A DNA stretch of 43,721 nt from a bacterium. GTDB taxonomy: Bacteria; Patescibacteriota; Minisyncoccia; 2-02-FULL-40-12; IGHO2-12-FULL-4. The DNA lies in contig JAUYPS010000048.1 in the NCBI GenBank assembly GCA_030695705.1, positions 1 through 43,721 on the forward strand, read 5' to 3'. Positions 26,531 through 35,184 of the stretch are shown here, one piece after another. The notes beneath the pieces were generated by a model that was not told where the DNA came from, did not search any database, and saw nothing but the letters and a program-made list of their open reading frames with translations. The position numbers were made by a program, and so were the translations under genes. Positions within the stretch are counted from its first letter, which is position 1. Each line of letters begins with the position of its first letter.

Positions 26531-27061
26531 ATGAACGGGAAAGAATTTATCACTCAAAATACCAAAGAAACCCAGAAATTGGGGGGGATTTTGGCTAAAG
26601 AAATCGTTAGCAAACCTTCTTCGGAAAAAGCAGCGGTTATTGGCTTGGAGGGGGAGTTAGGAGCAGGTAAGACCACCTTCATAAAAGGTTTCGCCAAGGC
26701 CTTGGGAATAAAAGAAAAGATCTTAAGCCCCACTTTTGTTTTGATTAAGTCATATAAAATCGGCAAATCAGCCATACATCCACTCGAAAATTCTCGAGCG
26801 ACAAGTCGAGGGTCGAGAGTGGGTGGTATGGCTGATTTGCCGACTAACGAATATAAATTTTTAGTGCACATCGAGGCCTATCGCTTAAAAGACCATCGGG
26901 GTTTGCTTCCTTTAGGAATTAAAGAAATTTTAGCCGATCCGCAAAACATTATTCTGATTGAATGGTCAGACCGGGTTGCAAAAATCCTTCCCAGGAAATA
27001 CATCAAAATACACGTAGATCATATTGAAGAAAATATTAGGAAAATAAGAATACGCACCTAA
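26531..27061 (+). CDS. tsaE: tRNA t6A biosynthesis ATPase TsaE with an in-frame repeat insertion
   Basis: GELGAGKTTF, SPTFVL, HIEAYRL, LIEW. Confidence 0.95.
   Translation: MNGKEFITQNTKETQKLGGILAKEIVSKPSSEKAAVIGLEGELGAGKTTFIKGFAKALGIKEKILSPTFVLIKSYKIGKSAIHPLENSRATSRGSRVGGMADLPTNEYKFLVHIEAYRLKDHRGLLPLGIKEILADPQNIILIEWSDRVAKILPRKYIKIHVDHIEENIRKIRIRT
26762..26842 (+). repeat. Palindromic repeat family A, in frame in tsaE
   Basis: 27 codons: GKSAIHPLENSRATSRGSRVGGMADLP. Confidence 0.95.
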
Positions 27062-27238
27062 TATTTTTCAAATATGGTTGAGCGGTGCAAATAAACGAAG
27101 GTTTTGGAAATCAAGCCGGTAACAAAAATTGGGTCGGATTCTTAGACGGGGTACCAATTTTTGTCGGCTTGATGACAAAATCGAGTATAATTTGCCCGCG
27201 AAGATATCTTGTAAAATATTAGGTAAGTATTCTTATTT
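27042..27238. repeat. Long foldback element, family D copy 2
   Basis: Spans the whole tsaE-polA gap and shares its core with 4522-4734. Confidence 0.85.
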
Positions 27239-29899
27239 ATGAAAAAGTTAATTTTAATCGACGCCAATGCTCTTGTTCACCGGGCTTTCCACGCTTTGCC
27301 TCCGCTTACTTCTCCGGAAGGAATGGTGGTCAATGCCGTTTACGGATTTACCTCGGTTCTAATCAAAGCGATTAAAGACATGAAGCCGGACTATATGGCG
27401 GCGGCCTTTGATTTGGCCGGGCCGACTTTCCGTCATGAGGAGTTTGAGGAGTACAAAGCGCATCGCGAAAAAGCGCCCGATGAACTTTATGCCCAGATTC
27501 CGGTAATTAAAGATATGCTTCGCTCTTTCGGGGTGGAAATATTTGAGCAGGCCGGATTTGAGGCCGACGATTTGATCGGTTCGGTGGCGGAAGAAGCCAA
27601 GAAAGTCAAAGATTTACAGACGGTCATCTTGACGGGGGACTTGGACACTCTTCAGCTGGTGGATGACGAAAAAGTGCTGGTTTTAACTTTGCGCAAAGGA
27701 GTGAGTGACACGGTTTTATACGACGAGAAAGCGGTTAAAGAGCGATACGGCTTAGAACCGTATCAGGTTACTGATTTTAAGGGACTGAAAGGCGATCCAT
27801 CCGACAACATTCCCGGCGTGTCCGGAATCGGAGACAAAACCGCCACGGCTTTGCTTCAAGAATACGAAACTATCGAAAATCTTTACAAAGTTATCCACAC
27901 GCCAGGTTGGACCTTGCAGAAGGGGAAGGGGGTGTTGACGGTTAAATTAGTTGAAAAACTTAAGGAACATCAGGAACAGGCCATTTTCAGTAAACGGCTG
28001 GCGACTATAATTCGGGACGTAAAAATTAATTTTTCCTTGGCGGGAATTGACTGGCAGAACAAGTTCAATCGGGAAGAAATTGTCAGGTTACTGAAGGGTC
28101 TTGGGTTCCACAGTATTTTGCCGCGCTTGAACAATCTTGGCGTCGGTCCGGAACCGGAAGCAGTTGTGCCTGTCCAGATTGGTTTAGAACTGGAAAACAA
28201 AGCAGATCCTAAGTTACCTGTTAAAGCATGCAAAAATGAAAAAGATATTAACGAATTTCTCGATAAATTAAAGCCGGACCAGCCAGTTTATATTTACTAC
28301 AGTGAAAATAACTTCTATTTTTTACAAAGTTATCCACATGCCAGGTTGGACCTGGTAAAGGTGCCGGTTAATTTGATAAAAAATCTCCGGTCATTTTTCG
28401 AAGATGAACAAATACCGAAAAGGGGATATAACTTAAAACCTCTGATTAAAGTACTTCTCGACCACGGCATTCATTTAAAAAATTTGGATTTTGATATTGC
28501 CGTGGCTGCTTATTTGTCGCGGTCTGAAACGCGTGACTATGAGATTGATAAAATTTATTTTACTGAATTTGGCCAGTCGTTATCCGACGGCCCCTTGGCG
28601 ACCATAACCGCTTTGCCCAAATTATATGATGTCTTTTGGGATAAACTTAAGACAAAAAACTTAAATAGGGTTTTTCAGGAAGTTGATCTGCCTTTAGTGC
28701 CGGTGTTGGCTGAAATGGAAAGAAACGGAATTAAAATCGATTTGGATGGCCTAAAGACCCTTTCTCAAAAAGTCGAAAAGGAAGTTATTAAATTAGAGAA
28801 AGAGATTTATAAAATGGCCGGTGAGGAATTTAATATCAGTTCCCCCCAGCAGCTGGGCAAAATATTATTTGATAAACTGCTTTTAAAAACCAAAGTGCGC
28901 AAGACGCTGGGAGGAGCGCGGTCTACTGCTGTCTCTGAACTGGAAAAACTAAGAGACGAACATCCGATTATTGAATTAATTATTCAATATCGCGAATTGC
29001 AGAAACTCAAGACCACTTATATTGAGCCGTTTCCTGTTTTGGTTAATGCCAAGGACCAGCGTCTCCACACCACTTACAATCAGATGGGTACGGTTACCGG
29101 CCGGCTTTCCAGCCAGGATCCGAACCTACAGAATATTCCTATTCGGACTGAGTTGGGCCAGGAATTTCGCCGGACTTTTGTAGCGGAAGACGGTTACGAA
29201 TTAATTTCCTTAGATTATTCCCAACTTGAACTTCGCATTGCCGCTTTTTTATCCGGCGACCAAAAAATGCTTGATGCTTTCAGAAGAGGAGAGGATATTC
29301 ATACCCGCACGGCGGTGGAAATTTTTGAAGTTTCTCCGGAAAAAGTCACCCCCAATATGCGGCGCGAAGCCAAGGCGCTGAACTTTGGCATTTTATACGG
29401 CATGGGGGTTTTGGGATTTGCCCGTTCGGCGGGAGTGGATCGTTTGCGGGCTAGGGAATTTATTACCAAATATTTCAAGGAATTTTCAGGAATGGCCCGC
29501 TATATTGAGCATCTGAAAGAACAAGTCAGGAAAAATGGCTTTGTAGAAACATATTTCGGACGACGAAGGGAGTTGCCGGAAATTAATTCCGGTCTGCCCC
29601 AACTGGTAGCCCAGGCGGAAAGGATGGCTTCCAATGCCCCTATTCAGGGCACGGAGGCGGATATAATGAAACTGGCCATGATTAAGGTTTATGATTACGT
29701 TCATGCCGGTCATTTAGAAAGTGAAGCTCGCATTTTGCTTCAAGTCCACGATGAGCTATTATGTGAGGTGAAAGAGGAGAAAGCTCGGGAATTATCCTTA
29801 AAATTCAAGGAAATCATGGAGAAGGTCTGGGAGGTAGATGTGCCGATTATTGTTGACGTTAAAATAGGTAAAAACTGGGCGGAAATGAAAAAAATATAA
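27239..29899 (+). CDS. polA: DNA polymerase I
   Basis: 5'-3' exonuclease (LIDANAL, EADD, GDPSDNIPGV); TGRLSS..PNLQNIP, DYSQLELR, KALNFG, QVHDEL. Confidence 0.98.
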   Translation: MKKLILIDANALVHRAFHALPPLTSPEGMVVNAVYGFTSVLIKAIKDMKPDYMAAAFDLAGPTFRHEEFEEYKAHREKAPDELYAQIPVIKDMLRSFGVEIFEQAGFEADDLIGSVAEEAKKVKDLQTVILTGDLDTLQLVDDEKVLVLTLRKGVSDTVLYDEKAVKERYGLEPYQVTDFKGLKGDPSDNIPGVSGIGDKTATALLQEYETIENLYKVIHTPGWTLQKGKGVLTVKLVEKLKEHQEQAIFSKRLATIIRDVKINFSLAGIDWQNKFNREEIVRLLKGLGFHSILPRLNNLGVGPEPEAVVPVQIGLELENKADPKLPVKACKNEKDINEFLDKLKPDQPVYIYYSENNFYFLQSYPHARLDLVKVPVNLIKNLRSFFEDEQIPKRGYNLKPLIKVLLDHGIHLKNLDFDIAVAAYLSRSETRDYEIDKIYFTEFGQSLSDGPLATITALPKLYDVFWDKLKTKNLNRVFQEVDLPLVPVLAEMERNGIKIDLDGLKTLSQKVEKEVIKLEKEIYKMAGEEFNISSPQQLGKILFDKLLLKTKVRKTLGGARSTAVSELEKLRDEHPIIELIIQYRELQKLKTTYIEPFPVLVNAKDQRLHTTYNQMGTVTGRLSSQDPNLQNIPIRTELGQEFRRTFVAEDGYELISLDYSQLELRIAAFLSGDQKMLDAFRRGEDIHTRTAVEIFEVSPEKVTPNMRREAKALNFGILYGMGVLGFARSAGVDRLRAREFITKYFKEFSGMARYIEHLKEQVRKNGFVETYFGRRRELPEINSGLPQLVAQAERMASNAPIQGTEADIMKLAMIKVYDYVHAGHLESEARILLQVHDELLCEVKEEKARELSLKFKEIMEKVWEVDVPIIVDVKIGKNWAEMKKI
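27882..27914 (+). repeat. Family B half-copy in polA
   Basis: TTTACAAAGTTATCCACACGCCAGGTTGGACCT; 32/33 identical to 28321-28353. Confidence 0.85.
28321..28355 (+). repeat. Family B half-copy in polA, different reading frame
   Basis: TTTACAAAGTTATCCACATGCCAGGTTGGACCTGG. Confidence 0.85.
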
Positions 29900-30870
29900 T
29901 GAGTCATAAAGCAAAAATTTTTATAATTGTTATGGTTGCTATTGTTTTAAGCATGATCGGAATAGTTTTTGGAACAAGAAATAATATTGAAATAGGAGGG
30001 GAATTGGCCGGCATGAGTTTGCCGGAGTCCGATCTATCCGGAGAAAGGTGTCAAAATGCCAAGCGGAGACCGGTAGCGGTCATGCTATCGTCTGATCCGG
30101 AAACCCGGCCTCTGTCGGGAATAGGAGAGGCGGATCTGGTTTTTGAAATGCCGGTGACCGATGGCGGAGTAACCAGAATGATGGCTGTTTTCCAGTGTGA
30201 ATTGCCAAGTGAAATCGGTTCAATCCGTTCAGCGCGGGAAGATTTTATTCCCTGGGTGCAGGGTTTGGGGGCGGTTTATGCGCATTGGGGAGGGGAGAAA
30301 GACGCTTTGAGCAAGCTTAACGGGGGAATTGTTGACAATATCGATGCCATGAAATACGAAGGGACTTATTATTACCGTAAAAATGACGTCCGTCCGCCGC
30401 ACAACGGCTTTACCAGTTTCCAATTGCTTGCCCAGGCCAGTGCCAAGTTGGGATACAACTTAGAAAAATCAGCCACCTCTTACAAGCACGAAAAGGGAAA
30501 AAGTTTAGAAATAACGGACCCCCCAGCTCTTTATGAAGGTAACTTTTCTGTGCAGTGGAGGTATCAGCAGGACAGTAATACTTATCGGCGCTGGCGTGGC
30601 GGGAAAGAGGAAATAGATCACAATACCTCTAAACAAGTTGAGGTCAGCAATGTGGTCTTACTAAAAACAACTTGGTCACCGATTAGCAAGGATTACATTA
30701 ATGTGAAAACAATCGGCTCCGGAGAAGCGGTTATTTATAAAAATGGAGAAGCGGTTAACGGCACTTGGGAAAAAAGAACCGCCACCGACTCCCTGGTTTT
30801 TTACGATTCCACCGGCCAGAAAATTAAATTCACCATCGGCGCTATCTGGATCGAAACCTTGATTAAATGA
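29899..30870 (+). CDS. DUF3048 (YerB-like) membrane-anchored protein
   Basis: RPVAVM, ADLVFEMPV..GGVTR, IGSIRSAR, PPHN. Confidence 0.9.
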   Translation: MSHKAKIFIIVMVAIVLSMIGIVFGTRNNIEIGGELAGMSLPESDLSGERCQNAKRRPVAVMLSSDPETRPLSGIGEADLVFEMPVTDGGVTRMMAVFQCELPSEIGSIRSAREDFIPWVQGLGAVYAHWGGEKDALSKLNGGIVDNIDAMKYEGTYYYRKNDVRPPHNGFTSFQLLAQASAKLGYNLEKSATSYKHEKGKSLEITDPPALYEGNFSVQWRYQQDSNTYRRWRGGKEEIDHNTSKQVEVSNVVLLKTTWSPISKDYINVKTIGSGEAVIYKNGEAVNGTWEKRTATDSLVFYDSTGQKIKFTIGAIWIETLIK

Positions 30871-31760
30871 CCCTCTCACTCTATTATGGAACGGATAGTT
30901 TTCGAGTTAAGGAAGCAGTAGAGAAAAAGGCCGCTTCTTTTTTGGCTAAATACAAAGACGGTTTGGTGGAGAGGTTGGATTTTGAGAAGGAAAATTGTCT
31001 GGAAGAAGTGGAAAATATTTTGAAAAGACGCTCTTTTTTCAATGAGCCGGAATTAATAATCGTTTATGCCCATATTTCCGCCAAGGACTTGCCAAAAAAG
31101 AATAAAAAACTTTTTGAACTTTTAACCAAGAAAGCGGAAGAAACAAAAGAATTTGAAAGCATCAAAGGATCTGCCTTGGAAAAGTGGGCTTTGGAGAAAA
31201 TAACCCAAGCCGGTTTTAGCATAAAATCACTGGCTCTAAAAAAACTGATTCTTCGAGTTGTTTCGCAAGGGCAGTTGTCCCAGGAAATTGATAAGCTGAT
31301 CGCTTACCAAAGTTATCACGGCAAAAAGGAAATAGACGACCAAGCCCTAGTTATCCACTTACCAGGTTGGACCTGGAATGTGGATAACTTTGCTTTGATT
31401 GATGCTATTGGGTCTCGCGATATTAAAAAATCAGTAGCGCTTTTAAACCAAACCTTGGCTGATGGTATGGAGCCGCATGCTGTTTTGGGCCAAATTATTT
31501 ACCAATTCAGAAATTTGTTGAAGGTAAAGAGTTACACGGCTGCCGTGTATATACACGGCAGCCGTGTAACTGTCGAGAATATTGCTAAGCTAACCGGTCT
31601 GCATCCTTTTGTCGCTCAAAAAACCAGCCGACAAGCCAGACAGTTCGAGTTAGAAGAATTAAAAAAGGCCTATCGGTATTTATCGGAACTGGATATAACA
31701 TCAAAAACCGGCCAAGTTGATTTAACGGCCGGTTTGTTTCAGCTTTTATTGCAAATTTAG
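30867..31760 (+). CDS. holA: DNA polymerase III delta subunit, carrying two palindromic insertions
   Basis: LYYGTDSF, SFF, QEIDKLIAY, FALIDAI, QFRNLL, LHPFV, DITSKTG. Confidence 0.88.
   Translation: MTLSLYYGTDSFRVKEAVEKKAASFLAKYKDGLVERLDFEKENCLEEVENILKRRSFFNEPELIIVYAHISAKDLPKKNKKLFELLTKKAEETKEFESIKGSALEKWALEKITQAGFSIKSLALKKLILRVVSQGQLSQEIDKLIAYQSYHGKKEIDDQALVIHLPGWTWNVDNFALIDAIGSRDIKKSVALLNQTLADGMEPHAVLGQIIYQFRNLLKVKSYTAAVYIHGSRVTVENIAKLTGLHPFVAQKTSRQARQFELEELKKAYRYLSELDITSKTGQVDLTAGLFQLLLQI
31349..31389 (+). repeat. Family B full copy, translated inside holA
   Basis: AGTTATCCACTTACCAGGTTGGACCTGGAATGTGGATAACT (VIHLPGWTWNVDN). Confidence 0.92.
31530..31571. repeat. Family C perfect 42-bp palindrome, in frame in holA
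   Basis: AGTTACACGGCTGCCGTGTAT|ATACACGGCAGCCGTGTAACT = SYTAAVYIHGSRVT. Confidence 0.95.
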
Positions 31761-31829
31761 GTTGACGGAAAACTGTTTTTAACTTACCCTTTTTGTAAAG
31801 AACTTTTACAAGAGGAAAGAGGAAATAAA

Positions 31830-33893
31830 ATGGAGAAAATCAACTCAGAAAACGGAAGTTTGCTTTTTCATGTCCGGGAAGTGGCGAAAAAGCAGCGGCG
31901 GTTTGAAACGGCTGCCCAGAGCGTTTCCAGGATGATTTTGGAAAAAGGCCTGGAGAAGAGAATTCACGCCGGCCGGACAGTCTACGATTTCAATTTCTTT
32001 CGGCAAGGCAAAAAACACCTTATTGGTTGGTACGACGAAATCAACGATTTTGTTCACTTTATCAAAGATGCCGCCGAAGGTGGTTCGGCTGCTGAGATGG
32101 GATTTGTTCTGGTCGGTGAGCCCGGCAATGGCAAGACATTTTTTGTCGATTATATTTGCGAGTATTATCGGCGGTTTCTGGCCTTGCCGGAAAACCGGAG
32201 ATTTACTTTTAAATTTACCGGATTGGACAAAGCGCTTGGCTATAACGAAAAAGTTGCCGAGCTGGAGTCCTTGACTTTCGAAGATCCGATGATTATGGCG
32301 CTGAATCTGTTTGAAGAACGCAGCCAGACGGAATCTTGGCTTATCAAAGCCGGTTTCGGAGAAAAGTATCTGGAGGAGCTTTTTGACCTAAGACGGTCAT
32401 TGGGCGCTTCCTCCGAATATCTTTTATACGCCCTGAAAGAGCGTTTTGGCGGAGATATCGAAAAGTGTCTGGAGTATGTTAAAGTATTTCCTGTCCCAAT
32501 GCGGGAGAGTTTGGGAACGGTTACCGGCAAATACTCGGCCGGAGACAAGATTACCTCTTCAGGTACCGACCTGAAAGGAGAGGAATCGCTCCAGCATCTT
32601 CTTTTGCTCGGGTTGGACGATCCAAACAAGTTTGATTTGAAGCGCGGCGCTTTGGCGCGGGTGGCTGGTTCCGGTATTCATTTTGCCGATGAGCTTTTCC
32701 GCAACAAGAAAGATCTTGTCCAAATTTATCTGCAAGTCATTCAAAACCGAATTGTGGAAATATCCGCTTTTATCTGGCCGATTGATGTTCTGATTATCGG
32801 AACCAGCAATAACGACGCTTTCAATCAATTCATTTCGGATAAAGATGAGGCGCCGATTCATGATCGGTGCCGTATTTGCTACGTTTCTCACAATACCGAC
32901 CACAGGATTCAGATGAAGTTGACTTCTTACATTATTGGCGGAAAGAAACGGACTACCGTTTTAGGCAGTGAGATGCACGAGGATCCAAATTTGAATTACG
33001 CCGCTTCTGTCAGCGTGGTTTTGACTCGTCTTCCGCTATCAGAAAAACTTACCCCCGTTGAAACGATGAAATTGGCGGCAGGAGAAACGGCCGGTGAGAA
33101 GGGTAACAAAACTTTGAAAGAAGTTATTGATACCGTTAACGCTAATCCGGATGTTACGAAAAGATGGGGGCAAGGAGGCATCGGCTATCGCAATTTGGGC
33201 AAAACTATCCAGATTCTGGCCGCGATGCATGAGTCAAACGAAGGCAAATGTCTCTTCGCCAAGGACGTTTTCAAGGCATTCGAAAGAATCATCCTTGATT
33301 ATGTGCCGGAAGCATCACATCGCGACAAGTTTATGCAAGATCTGAAGATTGCCAGGAAACTTTACCGTGAACAGATCAAAACGGCCATTTTCAACGCTTA
33401 TCGCGATGACCCGCAGGCGATTCGTAAAGATGTAATGAGTTACGTTAATATGGTTATCGGCATGGACGCGGAAAATTTGGGTCCGGATAAAATGTGGAAA
33501 TACAAGGATCCGCAAACCGGCGAAATCAAGCCGATTAAAATTGATACGAATTATATTAATAGCGTTGAAAAACGCCTCGGTCTTGCTACCCAGGAACGGC
33601 ATGATTCGTTTCGAAATACGATTCGCAAAATTTATGGCCAGAAAGTAGCTACCGATCCGAATTACGATTTCATGGATAACCAGGAACTGGTCAAAGCTGT
33701 TACCGATGTCCGGTTGGAATCAGATGTGGCTGGTGCGGGTAGTTTGGTTGGCGCTTTGGCCAACCGGACCAATGAAGAAAATGTCAAAATCTATAACCGG
33801 ATGATTAAGACGATGCTTGAGAAGCTCGGCTACTGTCTGACTTGCGCCTCCGGGACCATTGAATACTATTGCGAAAAAGAAGATGAAAGCTGA
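31830..33893 (+). CDS. PrkA/YeaG-family AAA+ protein, copy 1
   Basis: Walker A GEPGNGKT; HFADE; IIGTSNN; PIHDR; C-terminal LGYC helix. Confidence 0.88.
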   Translation: MEKINSENGSLLFHVREVAKKQRRFETAAQSVSRMILEKGLEKRIHAGRTVYDFNFFRQGKKHLIGWYDEINDFVHFIKDAAEGGSAAEMGFVLVGEPGNGKTFFVDYICEYYRRFLALPENRRFTFKFTGLDKALGYNEKVAELESLTFEDPMIMALNLFEERSQTESWLIKAGFGEKYLEELFDLRRSLGASSEYLLYALKERFGGDIEKCLEYVKVFPVPMRESLGTVTGKYSAGDKITSSGTDLKGEESLQHLLLLGLDDPNKFDLKRGALARVAGSGIHFADELFRNKKDLVQIYLQVIQNRIVEISAFIWPIDVLIIGTSNNDAFNQFISDKDEAPIHDRCRICYVSHNTDHRIQMKLTSYIIGGKKRTTVLGSEMHEDPNLNYAASVSVVLTRLPLSEKLTPVETMKLAAGETAGEKGNKTLKEVIDTVNANPDVTKRWGQGGIGYRNLGKTIQILAAMHESNEGKCLFAKDVFKAFERIILDYVPEASHRDKFMQDLKIARKLYREQIKTAIFNAYRDDPQAIRKDVMSYVNMVIGMDAENLGPDKMWKYKDPQTGEIKPIKIDTNYINSVEKRLGLATQERHDSFRNTIRKIYGQKVATDPNYDFMDNQELVKAVTDVRLESDVAGAGSLVGALANRTNEENVKIYNRMIKTMLEKLGYCLTCASGTIEYYCEKEDES

Positions 33894-33904
33894 AAAGTGA
33901 TAAA

Positions 33905-35065
33905 ATGGGAAACGAAACATTTGACGAACTTTTAAAAAGAGACGAACAAAGAGTGGCTGACGGTTTCAAAAAGAAAATCAAATTAAAGCGAGTATTAGTC
34001 GGCCACGACAAAGTTCTCACTGTTCCTTATGTGGAAGAAGAAAAACTTCTTCACGGCGATTTTGAGCCAACAGGAGAGCATGGCGAAGATGAGGCTGGCC
34101 GCGGCGAAGGAGAAATAGGCGACATTATTGCCCGCTCCAGACCGCAAGGAGGTGGCGGCGATTCCGGCGATGATGAAGATGATGATTCTTCGGACGCCGG
34201 TGAGGGTAATGGGGGAGAGCATGGTCTGGAAAGCGATATTTTCCAGCTCGGTAAAGAGTTGACCGAAAAACTCAAGCTTCCCAATTTGAAAGACAAGGGG
34301 AAAAAAGTGCCGACGGATGACTATATTTACGATTTGACTGACCGACACCGCGGTTCCGGCCAGTTTCTGGATCGAAAAGAGACGCTCAAGAGTATTATTA
34401 AAAGCAATGTTGCTCTTGGTCTCGTCAGCGGCGATAACGTCGACCCTTCCAAACTGGCCATCGGACCACATGATTATATTTTTCGTGTTTTGTCAAAGGA
34501 AAAGGTCTGGAAGTCGCCGGCCGTGGTTTTTTTTATGAGGGACTATTCCAGATCAATGTATGGTGCACCGACCAAAGCGGTGGTGGACCAGCATCTGATG
34601 ATCTATTCCTGGCTTATGGTTCAGCACGAAAAGTTGGTCATTCCACGATTCATTGTTCACAATGCGGAAGCAAAAGAGGTTCCGGCGCACAGATACTTCG
34701 GAGCTAACTCTAGCGGCGGAACTTTTATTCCCTCCGGCTATAGCAAGATTATGGAGATAATTGTGGAAGAAAATCTGGCGAGGAATTACAACCTCTATCT
34801 TTTCCAGGGAACCGACGGAGAGGACGACGATGACGGCCAAGTGGCTATTCCTTGGGTTAAAAAGTTGTTGGAATTTTTTAACCGGATAGGGGTGAGTGTT
34901 TTGAACACTTTCCGTGGTGAACAAAAAACCGTTTTTGAAAAATATATCGCAGAAGGCGGCTTTCTTGACCAAAAGGATCTCTTTCGAATGCATGTGATGT
35001 CTTCAAAAAATCCAAGCGAGACGGATAACCAAGAAGCGGTCAAAGCGTTGATTGCGCAGGATTAA
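33905..35065 (+). CDS. YeaH/YhbH (DUF444) vWA-like protein
   Basis: Gly/Asp-rich linker, LKLPNLKDK, RDYSRSM, GGT, YLFQGTDGED. Confidence 0.9.
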   Translation: MGNETFDELLKRDEQRVADGFKKKIKLKRVLVGHDKVLTVPYVEEEKLLHGDFEPTGEHGEDEAGRGEGEIGDIIARSRPQGGGGDSGDDEDDDSSDAGEGNGGEHGLESDIFQLGKELTEKLKLPNLKDKGKKVPTDDYIYDLTDRHRGSGQFLDRKETLKSIIKSNVALGLVSGDNVDPSKLAIGPHDYIFRVLSKEKVWKSPAVVFFMRDYSRSMYGAPTKAVVDQHLMIYSWLMVQHEKLVIPRFIVHNAEAKEVPAHRYFGANSSGGTFIPSGYSKIMEIIVEENLARNYNLYLFQGTDGEDDDDGQVAIPWVKKLLEFFNRIGVSVLNTFRGEQKTVFEKYIAEGGFLDQKDLFRMHVMSSKNPSETDNQEAVKALIAQD

Positions 35066-35068
35066 ACA

Positions 35069-35097
35069 ACGGGTGATATTAGTTCATCCGTTTTTTT
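35069..35097 (+). terminator. Intra-operon terminator-like hairpin
   Basis: AACGGGTGA/TCATCCGTT followed by a T-run. Confidence 0.55.
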
Positions 35098-35184
35098 ATT
35101 CGCATCTGATAGTCCGCTCCGGCTGGACGAGGTCTGACAGATGCTGTAAGGTATGGTAAAAGTACCTTTAAAAAGAGGTGAGAG

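Noticed and set aside
26762..26842. Intein or self-splicing intron in tsaE/recG
   Set aside because: Only 27 codons, no C/S...HN intein ends or group I/II motifs, and it is used in both orientations.
35102..35144. Hammerhead ribozyme (CTGAT-AGTCC...GGAC-GAGG)
   Set aside because: The core lacks CUGANGA spacing and GAAA, and the CTG is sequestered in the closing stem.
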